Shown one piece after another: positions 1 through 8,038 of a DNA stretch of 34,521 nucleotides. Below the pieces are notes generated by a model. The model was not told where the DNA came from and made no database searches. It was given only the letters and a program-made list of their open reading frames with translations. Positions within the stretch are counted from its first letter, which is position 1. Each line of letters starts with the position of its first letter. A program made the position numbers and the translations under genes. The stretch is from Pyrinomonadaceae bacterium (lineage in GTDB: Bacteria > Acidobacteriota > Blastocatellia > Pyrinomonadales > Pyrinomonadaceae), in NCBI GenBank assembly GCA_035643935.1, contig DASQPM010000132.1, positions 1-34,521 of the forward strand, in the 5' to 3' direction.

Positions 1-797
1 ATCTTCGCAACCGGCAACACGTAAAGTAGCGCGATATTTACCAACAGATAGATGGCAATGATTGAAAGTATGCCAACAAACAACGAGCGCGGGATATTTT
101 TTCCGGGTTGCTCTACTTCTTCCGAGAAATAAACCACGCCCGTCCAACCATCGTACGTGAAGATCACCGCCTGAAGAGAAATCACGAATGCGGCTATCAG
201 TGCGAAGCCAACCGGAACCGGCAGGGTTGAAGTTGACACGGCTGCACCTTTACCAAAGACGAAGCACGCCACGATCAAAGCGACGAAGGCGAGCGCTTTG
301 ATCGTGCTGGTGATGTTTTGTGAGTTGCTGCCCCAGGCAATGCCACGCCACTGTAGCGCCGCAAACAGTACGGTAATCGTGACGCCGAGCGGAATCTCGG
401 CGCCACGCAAAATGGGAAACAGCGCGCCGGAAAATTCACCAATTACAATTGCCACCGCAGCGGTGCTGCCGCAAGTTGAAATCCAATCGCTCCAGCCGAC
501 AATAAAACCGGCGTATTCACCCAAAGCATGACGCGCGAAAACATATTGGCCGCCCGAGCGCGGAATCATTGTTCCCAGTTCGGCAATCTGCACGGCGCCC
601 AACAGCGCGTACATCCCACCGATCACCCAAACTGACAGATACAGCCACACGTTTGGCAAATGCGCGGCGATCTGTCCCGGCGTGCGAAAGATTCCCGAAC
701 CAATGGTGTTGCCAATGATTACGGCGAGACCAAAACCGACACCAAGCACGCGCAGTAAGCGGCCGCGAACCGCATCGGTAGAAATGGATTTTGTCAT
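1..797 (-). CDS. APC-family amino acid permease (N-terminal part; the gene runs off the left edge of the window)
   Basis: The minus-strand frame is open from the ATG at 797-795 down to position 1. It is absent from the ORF track because it has no stop in the window. My translation reads MTKSISTDAVRGRLLRVLGVGFGLAVIIGNTIGSGIFRTPGQIAAHLPNVWLYLSVWVIGGMYALLGAVQIAELGTMIPRSGGQYVFARHALGEYAGFIVGWSDWI...PGKNIPRSLFVGILSIIAIYLLVNIALLYVLP. The GNxIGxGIF motif and the repeated hydrophobic segments are typical of APC/AA_permease transporters. Plus-strand ORFs 298..531 and 682..870 are antisense artefacts. Confidence 0.85.
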   Translation of the reverse strand, partial: MTKSISTDAVRGRLLRVLGVGFGLAVIIGNTIGSGIFRTPGQIAAHLPNVWLYLSVWVIGGMYALLGAVQIAELGTMIPRSGGQYVFARHALGEYAGFIVGWSDWISTCGSTAAVAIVIGEFSGALFPILRGAEIPLGVTITVLFAALQWRGIAWGSNSQNITSTIKALAFVALIVACFVFGKGAAVSTSTLPVPVGFALIAAFVISLQAVIFTYDGWTGVVYFSEEVEQPGKNIPRSLFVGILSIIAIYLLVNIALLYVLPVAK

Positions 798-881
798 TCT
801 GGTAAGCGACGGCCCAGCACGATGTATCTCGTGTTTCACTTTATCATTGGCCAGCACTTTTGAGTTATAGTACGCCGCCAA

Positions 882-995
882 GGTAGTGTCCTTGTTTGAA
901 TTAATCTCTGTGCGTTCTCTGTGTTCTCTGTGTCTCTGTAGTGAGCACTAGCTGATAATGATCCACCACCGAGACACTGAAATTAGGACACTACC
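882..995. repeat. Inverted-repeat element (GGTAGTGTCCT ... AGGACACTACC) enclosing a TCTCTGTG-type short tandem repeat
   Basis: An 11-bp perfect inverted repeat lies at 882-892 and 985-995. Inside it, CTCTGTG-like heptamer/octamer units repeat about four times (about 905-940), with a partially complementary CACCGAGACAC on the other side. The element sits in the divergent intergenic region between the permease and the S9 peptidase. Confidence 0.55.
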
Positions 996-1037
996 CCAAA
1001 TCGACTTACCCCCGACAACTTCTGAGGAGTTCCGCTG

Positions 1038-2989
1038 ATGAAAAAACTAGTTAGTGTGTTGTTGACTACCTGCCTGGCGGCTGTCCTGTTTGTTGGCGCT
1101 ACCCTGGCCGACAGCCGGATGATTGTGCCGGGCGAAAATCTGGTTGCAGAAGGAATACCCTCAATTCCGTCAAGCCTCGCTGATGAAGTCGGTCGTTATA
1201 CAGAGTTTCGCAGTGCGGCCCTCTCCAGCTGGCATCCCTCGCGACGCGAGATGCTGATCACTACCCGGTTCGGCGACACCAACCAAATTCACCTCGTCAA
1301 AATGCCTGGTGGAGCGCGAACTCAGCTCACCTTTTCACCGGAACGTTCCGGCGCAGCATCTTACCGTCCAAAAACCGGCGACTCCTTTGTTTTCAACCGG
1401 GACGTCGGCGGCAACGAGTTCTATCAATACTACCGTTACGATCTTGCTGATGGTGACATTACTTTGCTGAGCGATGGCAAGTCGCGGAACACTGGTTGGA
1501 ACTGGTCCAATGCAGGCGATCGAGCCGTCTACAATTCAACGCGTCGCAACGGCAGCGACACTGATCTCTACATTATCAGCCCCTCGGATCCCAAAACCGA
1601 TCGCATGTTGCTGCAGTTGAGTGGCGGTGGTTGGAGCGTCGCAGATTGGTCGCCCGACGATCGCAAGCTGCTGCTGAACGAGGACGTTTCCGCCAACGAA
1701 AGTTATATCTGGCTCGTAGACGTGGCCAGCGGCGACAAGAATTTGCTGACGCCCAAAGGTGCTGTGGACAAGGTTAATTATGGTCCGGCGCGATTCAGCA
1801 AAGATGGACGCGGAGTTTATTTGACTACGGACAAGGACTCAGAATTCATGCGTTTGGCGTATATGGATTTGACGGCTAAGCAACTTACTTTTCTGGCGAG
1901 TCAAATCAAATGGGACGTTGATTCTTTTGCGCTTTCGCCCGATGGCAAGACGATTGCTTTTGTGACAAACGAGGACGGCGTCAGCCGGCTGCACCTGCTT
2001 GAGACCAAATCACGCAAGGAGAAAACCGCGCCGACGTTGCCGGTTGGTACCATTTCGGCACTTCGGTGGCATGAAAACGGCAGAGATCTGGGTTTCAACT
2101 TTTCATCGGCGCGTACTCCCGCTGATGTCTACTCTGTCGACGTGCGCAGTGGAAGAGTGGATCGTTGGACCGAAAGCGAAACGGGCGGCCTCAATACAAA
2201 TCAATTTGCGCAGGCTGAACTGGTGAAATGGACCAGCTTCGATGGGCGAAGCATCAGCGGGTTTTTGTACCGGCCACCGGCAAAGTTTAGCGGACCGCGT
2301 CCGGTAGTCATAAATATTCATGGCGGACCGGAAGGCCAGTCGCGACCGGGCTTTCTTGGCCGCAGCAATTATTATTTGAATGAGCTCGGCGTGGCGATGA
2401 TTTTCCCCAATGTGCGTGGCTCAACGGGCTTCGGCAAGACTTTTCTGAAACTTGATAACGGGTTCCTACGAGAAGATTCCTACAAGGACATTGGCGCACT
2501 GCTCGACTGGATCAAGACGCAACCGACACTGGACGCCAACCGCATTATGGTGACTGGCGGATCCTATGGCGGTCATATGACGTTTGCCGTCGCCCAACGT
2601 TATAACACCAAGATTCGCGCGTCGTTGCCGGTAGTTGGTATTTCGAATCTTGTTTCTTTTCTTGAACGCACAGAGTCGTACCGGCGCGATCTGCGTCGAG
2701 TTGAGTACGGCGATGAAAGGGATCCGAAGATGCGCGAGTTTATGCTGCGCATTGCTCCGTTAAATAATGCTGCCAACATAACCAAACCAATGTTCATTGT
2801 TGCCGGTGGCAATGATCCGCGCGTGCCAGTAAACGAAGCGCAGCAAATGTGAGAACGTTGCGGGAAAATAAGACGCCGGTCTGGTATCTAATGGCAAAAG
2901 ATGAAGGACACGGCTTCGCAAGAAAGAAGAACCAGGATTTCCAGTTTTACGCCACCGTGATGTTTATGCGCGCATACCTGCTTAACTGA
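1038..2989 (+). pseudogene. S9-family serine peptidase (prolyl oligopeptidase / dipeptidyl aminopeptidase type with an N-terminal TolB-like beta-propeller), interrupted by a 1-nt frameshift near 2850
   Basis: ORF 1038..2852 has a GAGGAG Shine-Dalgarno sequence 8 nt upstream of its ATG and a signal-peptide-like N-terminus. It also has propeller-like repeats, the nucleophile motif GGSYGG and the acid motif GGNDPRVP. It stops at ...NEAQQM*. The -1 frame from 2852 to the stop at 2987-2989 reads RTLRENKTPVWYLMAKDEGHGFARKKNQDFQFYATVMFMRAYLLN*, which is the canonical S9 C-terminus carrying the catalytic His (DEGHGF). Confidence 0.8.
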
Positions 2990-3088
2990 AGGTCTCAGCA
3001 ACGCTGACGAGGTGTAAGCAGTGATGCTATGCACATTCCCATTCAGATAGCGTAACCGACGAAGCCATTAACTCGCGCGTTTCTCGCG

Positions 3089-4246
3089 TCAGCGCTGCAA
3101 TTCCACGCCTGCATGTAAGTCGGCGGCAAGCAGCCGATGAAACAAATGTTCGCCGGCTTCACGTCTCACTGATAATCGGCCCGCCTGATATGCGCGCGAA
3201 GTGAGTCCGCGCTGCACCGACTTGCAGATGGCAGTATCTTCATCCTGAATGCGCTGACCGACAGCAATGCTGGCGCGATTACGTTCGCGCGCAGTCTCGG
3301 ACACATCCGCAAAGTAAAAATCGAAAATCACTTCGGTCTTATCCACACCACGTGGAATCACCAGATTCGTATCCATTGCCCCTTCGTACCAATTGATCAT
3401 GAAATTCGGATAGAGCCAGTAATAAAGCGCCCGTTCACCTTTGCGTACCGCGCCCGTCTCTTCCTCGGCTCCCTCGGTGACGATCGGGCTCCATTGCAAG
3501 CAAAACCGTTCACCGTTTTCAATTTTGTAATTGCTATAGTCGAGCACGCTGTCGAGGCCTTTGTGCAAATGCGGCACGTGATAACCGCCGTCAAGATAGT
3601 TATCGACAAAAACTTTCCAGTTGCAATCAAACGAGTAATAGTGGCGCTCGAACCAGTGAAGAGTTTCCAGTTTCAGTGGCTGAATCTCTGCAATCAAATC
3701 GTCGCCGAGGAAAGCGTTTAACGCAACATCTGGCGTAAGATTGTTTAGAGGTGGGCCTTGCTCGCCGCCTTCGCCTGCCTGAACAAAAACCCACTTCTCC
3801 CAAACAGCAGTGTCGACCGGCATCAGACCATTAGTTCCCCGATCAAAATCGCAAACGCCCGTGAAATCCGGCGTGCCTTTTAGCTCACCCGCAAGCGAAT
3901 AGGTCCAGCCGTGATAAGGACAACGAAGCTGTGCCGCTGTTCCCTCAGTCTCCGTCATTACAGCCGCCGCATGATGCCGGCAAACATTGAAGAAGCCGCG
4001 CAAAATGTTGTCGTTGCCTTTGACAACTACGATTGGCTCGCCGGCAACGTCAGCAGTGACGTACTGGCCCGGTTCGTTTACCTGATCGGCGCGCGCAATC
4101 ACTTGCCATGAATGCGTGAATACGTTTTGCAACTCGAGTTGATAAACTCGTTCATCCGTGTACCAGGGCGCAGGGATAGTCCACGCGCGGTCGAGCGGCG
4201 CGTTCGGGTTGTAACTATCGATTATTTCTTTGAGGCTCGGATTCAT
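3089..4246 (-). CDS. Rieske [2Fe-2S] non-haem iron oxygenase alpha subunit, choline-monooxygenase-like
   Basis: The Rieske motif is CRHHAAAV...CPYHGWTY (CxH...CxxH). The mononuclear iron motif is DNYLDGGYHVPHLH (D-x3-D-x2-H-x4-H). Overall length matches CMO-like RHO alpha subunits. The ATG is at 4246; the ORF track starts one codon earlier at a GTG (4249). Confidence 0.85.
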   Translation of the reverse strand: MNPSLKEIIDSYNPNAPLDRAWTIPAPWYTDERVYQLELQNVFTHSWQVIARADQVNEPGQYVTADVAGEPIVVVKGNDNILRGFFNVCRHHAAAVMTETEGTAAQLRCPYHGWTYSLAGELKGTPDFTGVCDFDRGTNGLMPVDTAVWEKWVFVQAGEGGEQGPPLNNLTPDVALNAFLGDDLIAEIQPLKLETLHWFERHYYSFDCNWKVFVDNYLDGGYHVPHLHKGLDSVLDYSNYKIENGERFCLQWSPIVTEGAEEETGAVRKGERALYYWLYPNFMINWYEGAMDTNLVIPRGVDKTEVIFDFYFADVSETARERNRASIAVGQRIQDEDTAICKSVQRGLTSRAYQAGRLSVRREAGEHLFHRLLAADLHAGVELQR

Positions 4247-4312
4247 CACGCAGAATGAGTCAAACTCTAAAGCATGCCCAAGCTTGAGATCTTAGGTGCA
4301 GAGTTTTTTTGT

Positions 4313-5515
4313 TCACACCACTGGCGTCGCTGTTTTCCTTTTCGGATTGAAGAAAGGTGTCTTCACGACTGTAGCGCCGACGCGATGACGCACGGCCTCG
4401 ACCGTTATCTCGAATTGAAGTTTCGTGCCGGGGCGTGCGTGCTGCCGATTGATCGTGACCAGTGCAATCATCTTCTTCAATGTGGGCGACCAGGTGCTGG
4501 AAGTTGCCTTGCCGACCTGCATGCCGTCCTTGAACACAGGCACAGCCACTCTGGAAGCGATAGCCGAAACTGCGGGCGGCAGGCCGACATTCTCGTAGAG
4601 GTTTTCAACCGCGGGCCAATCGATTTCCAGTCCAACGATCTCGCGAGCGTGGCCGAGTTTTTGTTCTGTCAGTAATGCTGGCTGTCCGATAAAACGGTTC
4701 TTATCGAGATGGACCAGACGGCCAAGACCCATTTCAAACGGCGAATACTTTTGTTCTTCAATCAACGCCTTCTTGCTGCTGTTGAAGTCGACATCGATTA
4801 GCAGCAGGCCAGCTTCGATGCGTGCCACGTCCAGCGCCAGCATTCCGGTCGGATGAATATCGAAAGCCCTGCCGGCAGTCATCAGTTCATCCCAAACTCT
4901 CAAGGCCTTGTCGCTCGACACCCAGATTTCATAACCGAGATCGCCGGTGTAGCCAGTGCGCGAAATCTCGACGGGAATACCAGCAAGCGTAGCTTTTGTC
5001 ACTCGAAAGTACTTCAGGCTAGCGATGTCCGCGTCGCTGACCAGACTCTTAAGCAAGCGCCCCGAAGTCGGGCCCTGCAACGCGAGCGCGGATACAGTTT
5101 CCGAGATGTCTTCAATCTCGACTTTCATGCCGCTGGCATTTTGTCTGAACCAACGGAGGCTGGGATCGGCCGCAGTCCAGCGATAAGTGTTTTCTTCAAG
5201 ACGCGACACGGTGCCATCGTCGATCACTTTGCCTTGCTCGTCACACCACGGCGTATAAATGACCTGGCCAACCGCAACCTTGCGCATGTCGCGCGTGATC
5301 ACTCGATCAACAAGTTTCGTCGCGTCGGGACCGGTGAGCCGGTATTTGAAGAGCGGCGAAATATCGATCAGCGCCGAGGCATTGCGAATCGCGTTGTACT
5401 CGTGCTCGTGATGCGGTTCGTACGAGCTGACTGCGTAGTAGCCCGACCACTCGCGATAGTTCAAGCTCTCGCAAAGCGAAAATGTTCGTTCGTGAAAGGC
5501 GGTTCCGACCGGCAT
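4313..5515 (-). CDS. Aminomethyltransferase-family protein (GcvT-like, folate-dependent)
   Basis: This is a 400-aa ORF with an N-terminus typical of the GcvT/DmdA/sarcosine-oxidase-gamma-like family (...EHEYNAIRNASALIDISPLFKYRLTGPDA...). A GcvT C-terminal barrel-like region follows. It lies 63 nt upstream of, and co-oriented with, the Rieske gene. Confidence 0.8.
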   Translation of the reverse strand: MPVGTAFHERTFSLCESLNYREWSGYYAVSSYEPHHEHEYNAIRNASALIDISPLFKYRLTGPDATKLVDRVITRDMRKVAVGQVIYTPWCDEQGKVIDDGTVSRLEENTYRWTAADPSLRWFRQNASGMKVEIEDISETVSALALQGPTSGRLLKSLVSDADIASLKYFRVTKATLAGIPVEISRTGYTGDLGYEIWVSSDKALRVWDELMTAGRAFDIHPTGMLALDVARIEAGLLLIDVDFNSSKKALIEEQKYSPFEMGLGRLVHLDKNRFIGQPALLTEQKLGHAREIVGLEIDWPAVENLYENVGLPPAVSAIASRVAVPVFKDGMQVGKATSSTWSPTLKKMIALVTINRQHARPGTKLQFEITVEAVRHRVGATVVKTPFFNPKRKTATPVV

Positions 5516-5548
5516 GCTGCAGGAGTCTAAATCATGTGGGCAAAAAGT

Positions 5549-6142
5549 TCATTCAAATTCACTGTCAGGATCAGGCACGCGTATTTCCTGAGCTACCAGT
5601 TCGCTCCAGGTTTGGATCACATCCTCATTAGCATCGAGAACGCGCAGTGCATTGAAAACTGGGCCAGACTCGGTCTTTAGTTCTGGAAAAGTTAGAAATA
5701 ACACTGCCAGGTCACGCATGTCCGAGAACCCCTTCGGCTGCCCCCGGCGAGAGTGATAGGAAAAAACTTTCTGAGCGAGCAGCTCTGGTGGAGAGGCAAT
5801 GGAAATCTCCTGAATAAGATTGGCTTTTGGGAGCTCTGCGACGCTTCGCACGTCTACCAAATGGCGATTCCCGCTCTTCTGAATCTGAAACAGCCGGTAA
5901 CCTTTTGCTTTGGCGACCTCGCGTATTCGCACAGCAATCGTAAATCGTGCGCTGAGGTGTTCTCGCAACTCTTCGGCTAGCGCGGCTGCGCGCGTCGACA
6001 TGAGATCGATGTCCTGAGTCATGCGCGGCTCATCGACGTAGGCATTGACGGCGGTGGCGCCAAAGACAACTACGTCATTGCGCCCGCGCAAAAATTCCAG
6101 CACCGCGTCATGAATCGTCGCCAGCGGCAGTGGTTCGCGCAT
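5549..6142 (-). CDS. Nucleotidyltransferase-fold protein (MNT / AbiEii-like minimal NTase)
   Basis: It carries a G-[AS]-x(n)-D-x-D type signature, VVFGATAVNAYVDEPRMTQDIDLMS. I prefer the internal ATG at 6142 (MREPLPLATIHDAV...) because it is preceded by AAGGAG 6 nt upstream. The ORF track extends to 6217. The gene is 33 nt upstream of the GcvT-like gene on the same strand. Confidence 0.55.
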   Translation of the reverse strand: MREPLPLATIHDAVLEFLRGRNDVVVFGATAVNAYVDEPRMTQDIDLMSTRAAALAEELREHLSARFTIAVRIREVAKAKGYRLFQIQKSGNRHLVDVRSVAELPKANLIQEISIASPPELLAQKVFSYHSRRGQPKGFSDMRDLAVLFLTFPELKTESGPVFNALRVLDANEDVIQTWSELVAQEIRVPDPDSEFE

Positions 6143-6329
6143 GGCAAACTCCTTGAATGTCAGCGCTCCGGCGTTCAGCATACTCGAATAATACGCTGGG
6201 AAAGTTGTCAGCGCCAAGATTCTTCGTCATCGCTGTTAAAGCAAGCAGTGTTTTGTCCCGTCGTTGTCAGGGCGAGCGATTGTAAGTATCCTTGCCGTGC
6301 TTCAGCAACCTGCATTTACCGAAAAACTC

Positions 6330-7907
6330 ATGAGTACCAAATATGACGTCATCGTCATTGGTGGTGGACACAATGGACTGGTGAACGCTGCTTACCTTGC
6401 GCGCGCCGGCAAGAAAGTTTTAGTGCTCGAACGTCGTCACGTGTTGGGCGGTGCGGCAGTAACGGAAGAAGTGTTTCCGGGATTCAAGTTCTCAGTTTGT
6501 TCGTATGTTGTGTCGTTGCTGCGCCCGGAAATTATTCGGGAGCTGGATTTGCCGCGGCATGGATTGGAAATACTTCCGCTGGATGGCACCTTCACGCCGA
6601 TGCCCAACGGCGACTATCTCTGGCGCGTCAACGATCACGCCAAAACCCGTCGCGAAATTGCGCGCCACTCAAGGATCGACGCCGAAGCTTATGACGAATA
6701 CGGCAAAGCCATGATCGATATGGCCCACTTTGTGAAGCCAATCATGAACATGACGCCGCCCGACCCGACCTCGTTGAATCCGAAAGGCTTAAAGGATCTG
6801 CTTTTCCTCGGCAAAAGATTTCAAAAACTATCGGCGGACGACAAATACAACCAGGTGCAGTTGATGACGATGAGCGCTGTCGACTTTCTCGACCAATGGT
6901 TTGAGACTGACGTGCTGAAAGCGACGATGTCTGCCTCGGGAATCATCGGGACGTTTCTCGGCGTGCGTTCCCCAGGCACTGCCTACGTGCTGCTGCATCA
7001 TTACATGGGGGAGATTGATGGAGCGTTTCGCTCGTGGGGACTTTCGCGTGGCGGTACCGGCGCGATCTCCAATGCGATAGCCGATGCGGCGCGTGAGTTT
7101 GGCGCAGAAATCCGCACCGAAGCGCCGATTGCAAAAATTCTACTAAAAAACGGACAAGCGAAAGGTGTTGTGCTCGCAAATGGAGACGAAATCCATGCGG
7201 ATGTCGTTTCCTCGAGCGTCGACCCGCGCCTGACGTTTATGAAGATGGTGGGCGAAGAACATTTGCCGGATGATTTCACCGAAGATCTTAAGCGGTACAA
7301 GTACCGAGGGTCCTCGGGAAAAGTCAACCTGGCGCTTGATGGTCTGCCAGACTTCAAATGTTTGCCTGGTGTTGGGGCACATCTGCGCGGCGCGGTTTCG
7401 ATTTCGCCAAGTGTTGAATACATGGAGCGCGCTTACGACGAAGCGAAGTATGGCCGCTTCTCGCGGCGGCCATATATCGACATGGTCATTCCGAGTTTGA
7501 CCGATCCATCCGTGGCGCCGCCGGGAAAGCACGTGATGTCTTGCTTTGTGCAATATGCGCCTTACAACTTAAAAGAAGGAAACTGGGACGACAAGCGCGA
7601 AGAATTTGGCGATACGGTAATCGATACGATTGCCGAGCACGCGCCCAACATTAAAGATCTGATCCTGCATCGCCAGGTGCTGACGCCACTCGATCTCGAG
7701 CGCGATTTTGGTTTGTCGGAAGGAAACATCTTTCAAGGCGAATTGACGCTCGAGCAACTGTTCTTTCTGCGGCCGGCGCCCGGATGGGCACAGTATCGAA
7801 CGCCGATCCGCAGTCTCTACATGTGTGGATCGGCAACGCATCCGGGTGGTGGCATCATGGGCGCTCCCGGCCGCAACGCAGCGATGCAGATGCTCAAGGA
7901 TATTTAG
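6330..7907 (+). CDS. FAD-dependent oxidoreductase, phytoene-desaturase-related (CrtI/COG1233, PYROXD2-like), paralog 1
   Basis: The Rossmann dinucleotide motif YDVIVIGGGHNGL follows directly after the ATG at 6330; the track start at 6264 is a TTG. The C-terminal motif is CGSATHPGGGIMGAPGRNAA. Length is about 525 aa. Confidence 0.85.
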   Translation: MSTKYDVIVIGGGHNGLVNAAYLARAGKKVLVLERRHVLGGAAVTEEVFPGFKFSVCSYVVSLLRPEIIRELDLPRHGLEILPLDGTFTPMPNGDYLWRVNDHAKTRREIARHSRIDAEAYDEYGKAMIDMAHFVKPIMNMTPPDPTSLNPKGLKDLLFLGKRFQKLSADDKYNQVQLMTMSAVDFLDQWFETDVLKATMSASGIIGTFLGVRSPGTAYVLLHHYMGEIDGAFRSWGLSRGGTGAISNAIADAAREFGAEIRTEAPIAKILLKNGQAKGVVLANGDEIHADVVSSSVDPRLTFMKMVGEEHLPDDFTEDLKRYKYRGSSGKVNLALDGLPDFKCLPGVGAHLRGAVSISPSVEYMERAYDEAKYGRFSRRPYIDMVIPSLTDPSVAPPGKHVMSCFVQYAPYNLKEGNWDDKREEFGDTVIDTIAEHAPNIKDLILHRQVLTPLDLERDFGLSEGNIFQGELTLEQLFFLRPAPGWAQYRTPIRSLYMCGSATHPGGGIMGAPGRNAAMQMLKDI

Positions 7908-8024
7908 CCGCGGATTTCCGCGGATAAACGCGAATCTGAAAAAATCAAACGTACCAATATGAGCACTGTCTCTTCAGTTCCTTGGATTTGTCAGATCTGC
8001 GTTTATCCGCATAAATCCGCGGCT
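7906..8024. repeat. Palindromic intergenic element: 34-bp inverted arms with a 51-bp spacer
   Basis: The left arm is AGCCGCGGATTTCCGCGGATAAACGCGAATCTGA (7906-7939). The right arm is TCAGATCTGCGTTTATCCGCATAAATCCGCGGCT (7991-8024). The arms are complementary apart from a few mismatches. The element fills the whole gap between the two CrtI-like paralogs, and a short relative lies at 22600-22617. Confidence 0.75.
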
Positions 8025-8038
8025 GATTGATCTCACAA

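Noticed and set aside
798-1037. Possible riboswitch or leader upstream of the amino-acid permease.
   Set aside because: I could not match the minus-strand 5' region to the glycine, lysine, SAM or T-box consensus elements that I know. The structured part is explained by the inverted-repeat element at 882-995.
4853-5530. A 225-aa plus-strand ORF antisense to the GcvT-like gene. Similar antisense or alternative-frame ORFs lie at 4274..4675, 7001..7553, 8937..9338, 12865..13284, 15268..15768, 15703..16229, 19836..20441, 25895..26374, 27483..27941, 28117..28512 and 32673..33242.
   Set aside because: All lie inside longer ORFs that carry strong family signatures on the other strand or in another frame. 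They are Arg/Ser/Pro-rich, as expected for off-frame translation of moderately GC-rich coding DNA. None has a Shine-Dalgarno sequence.
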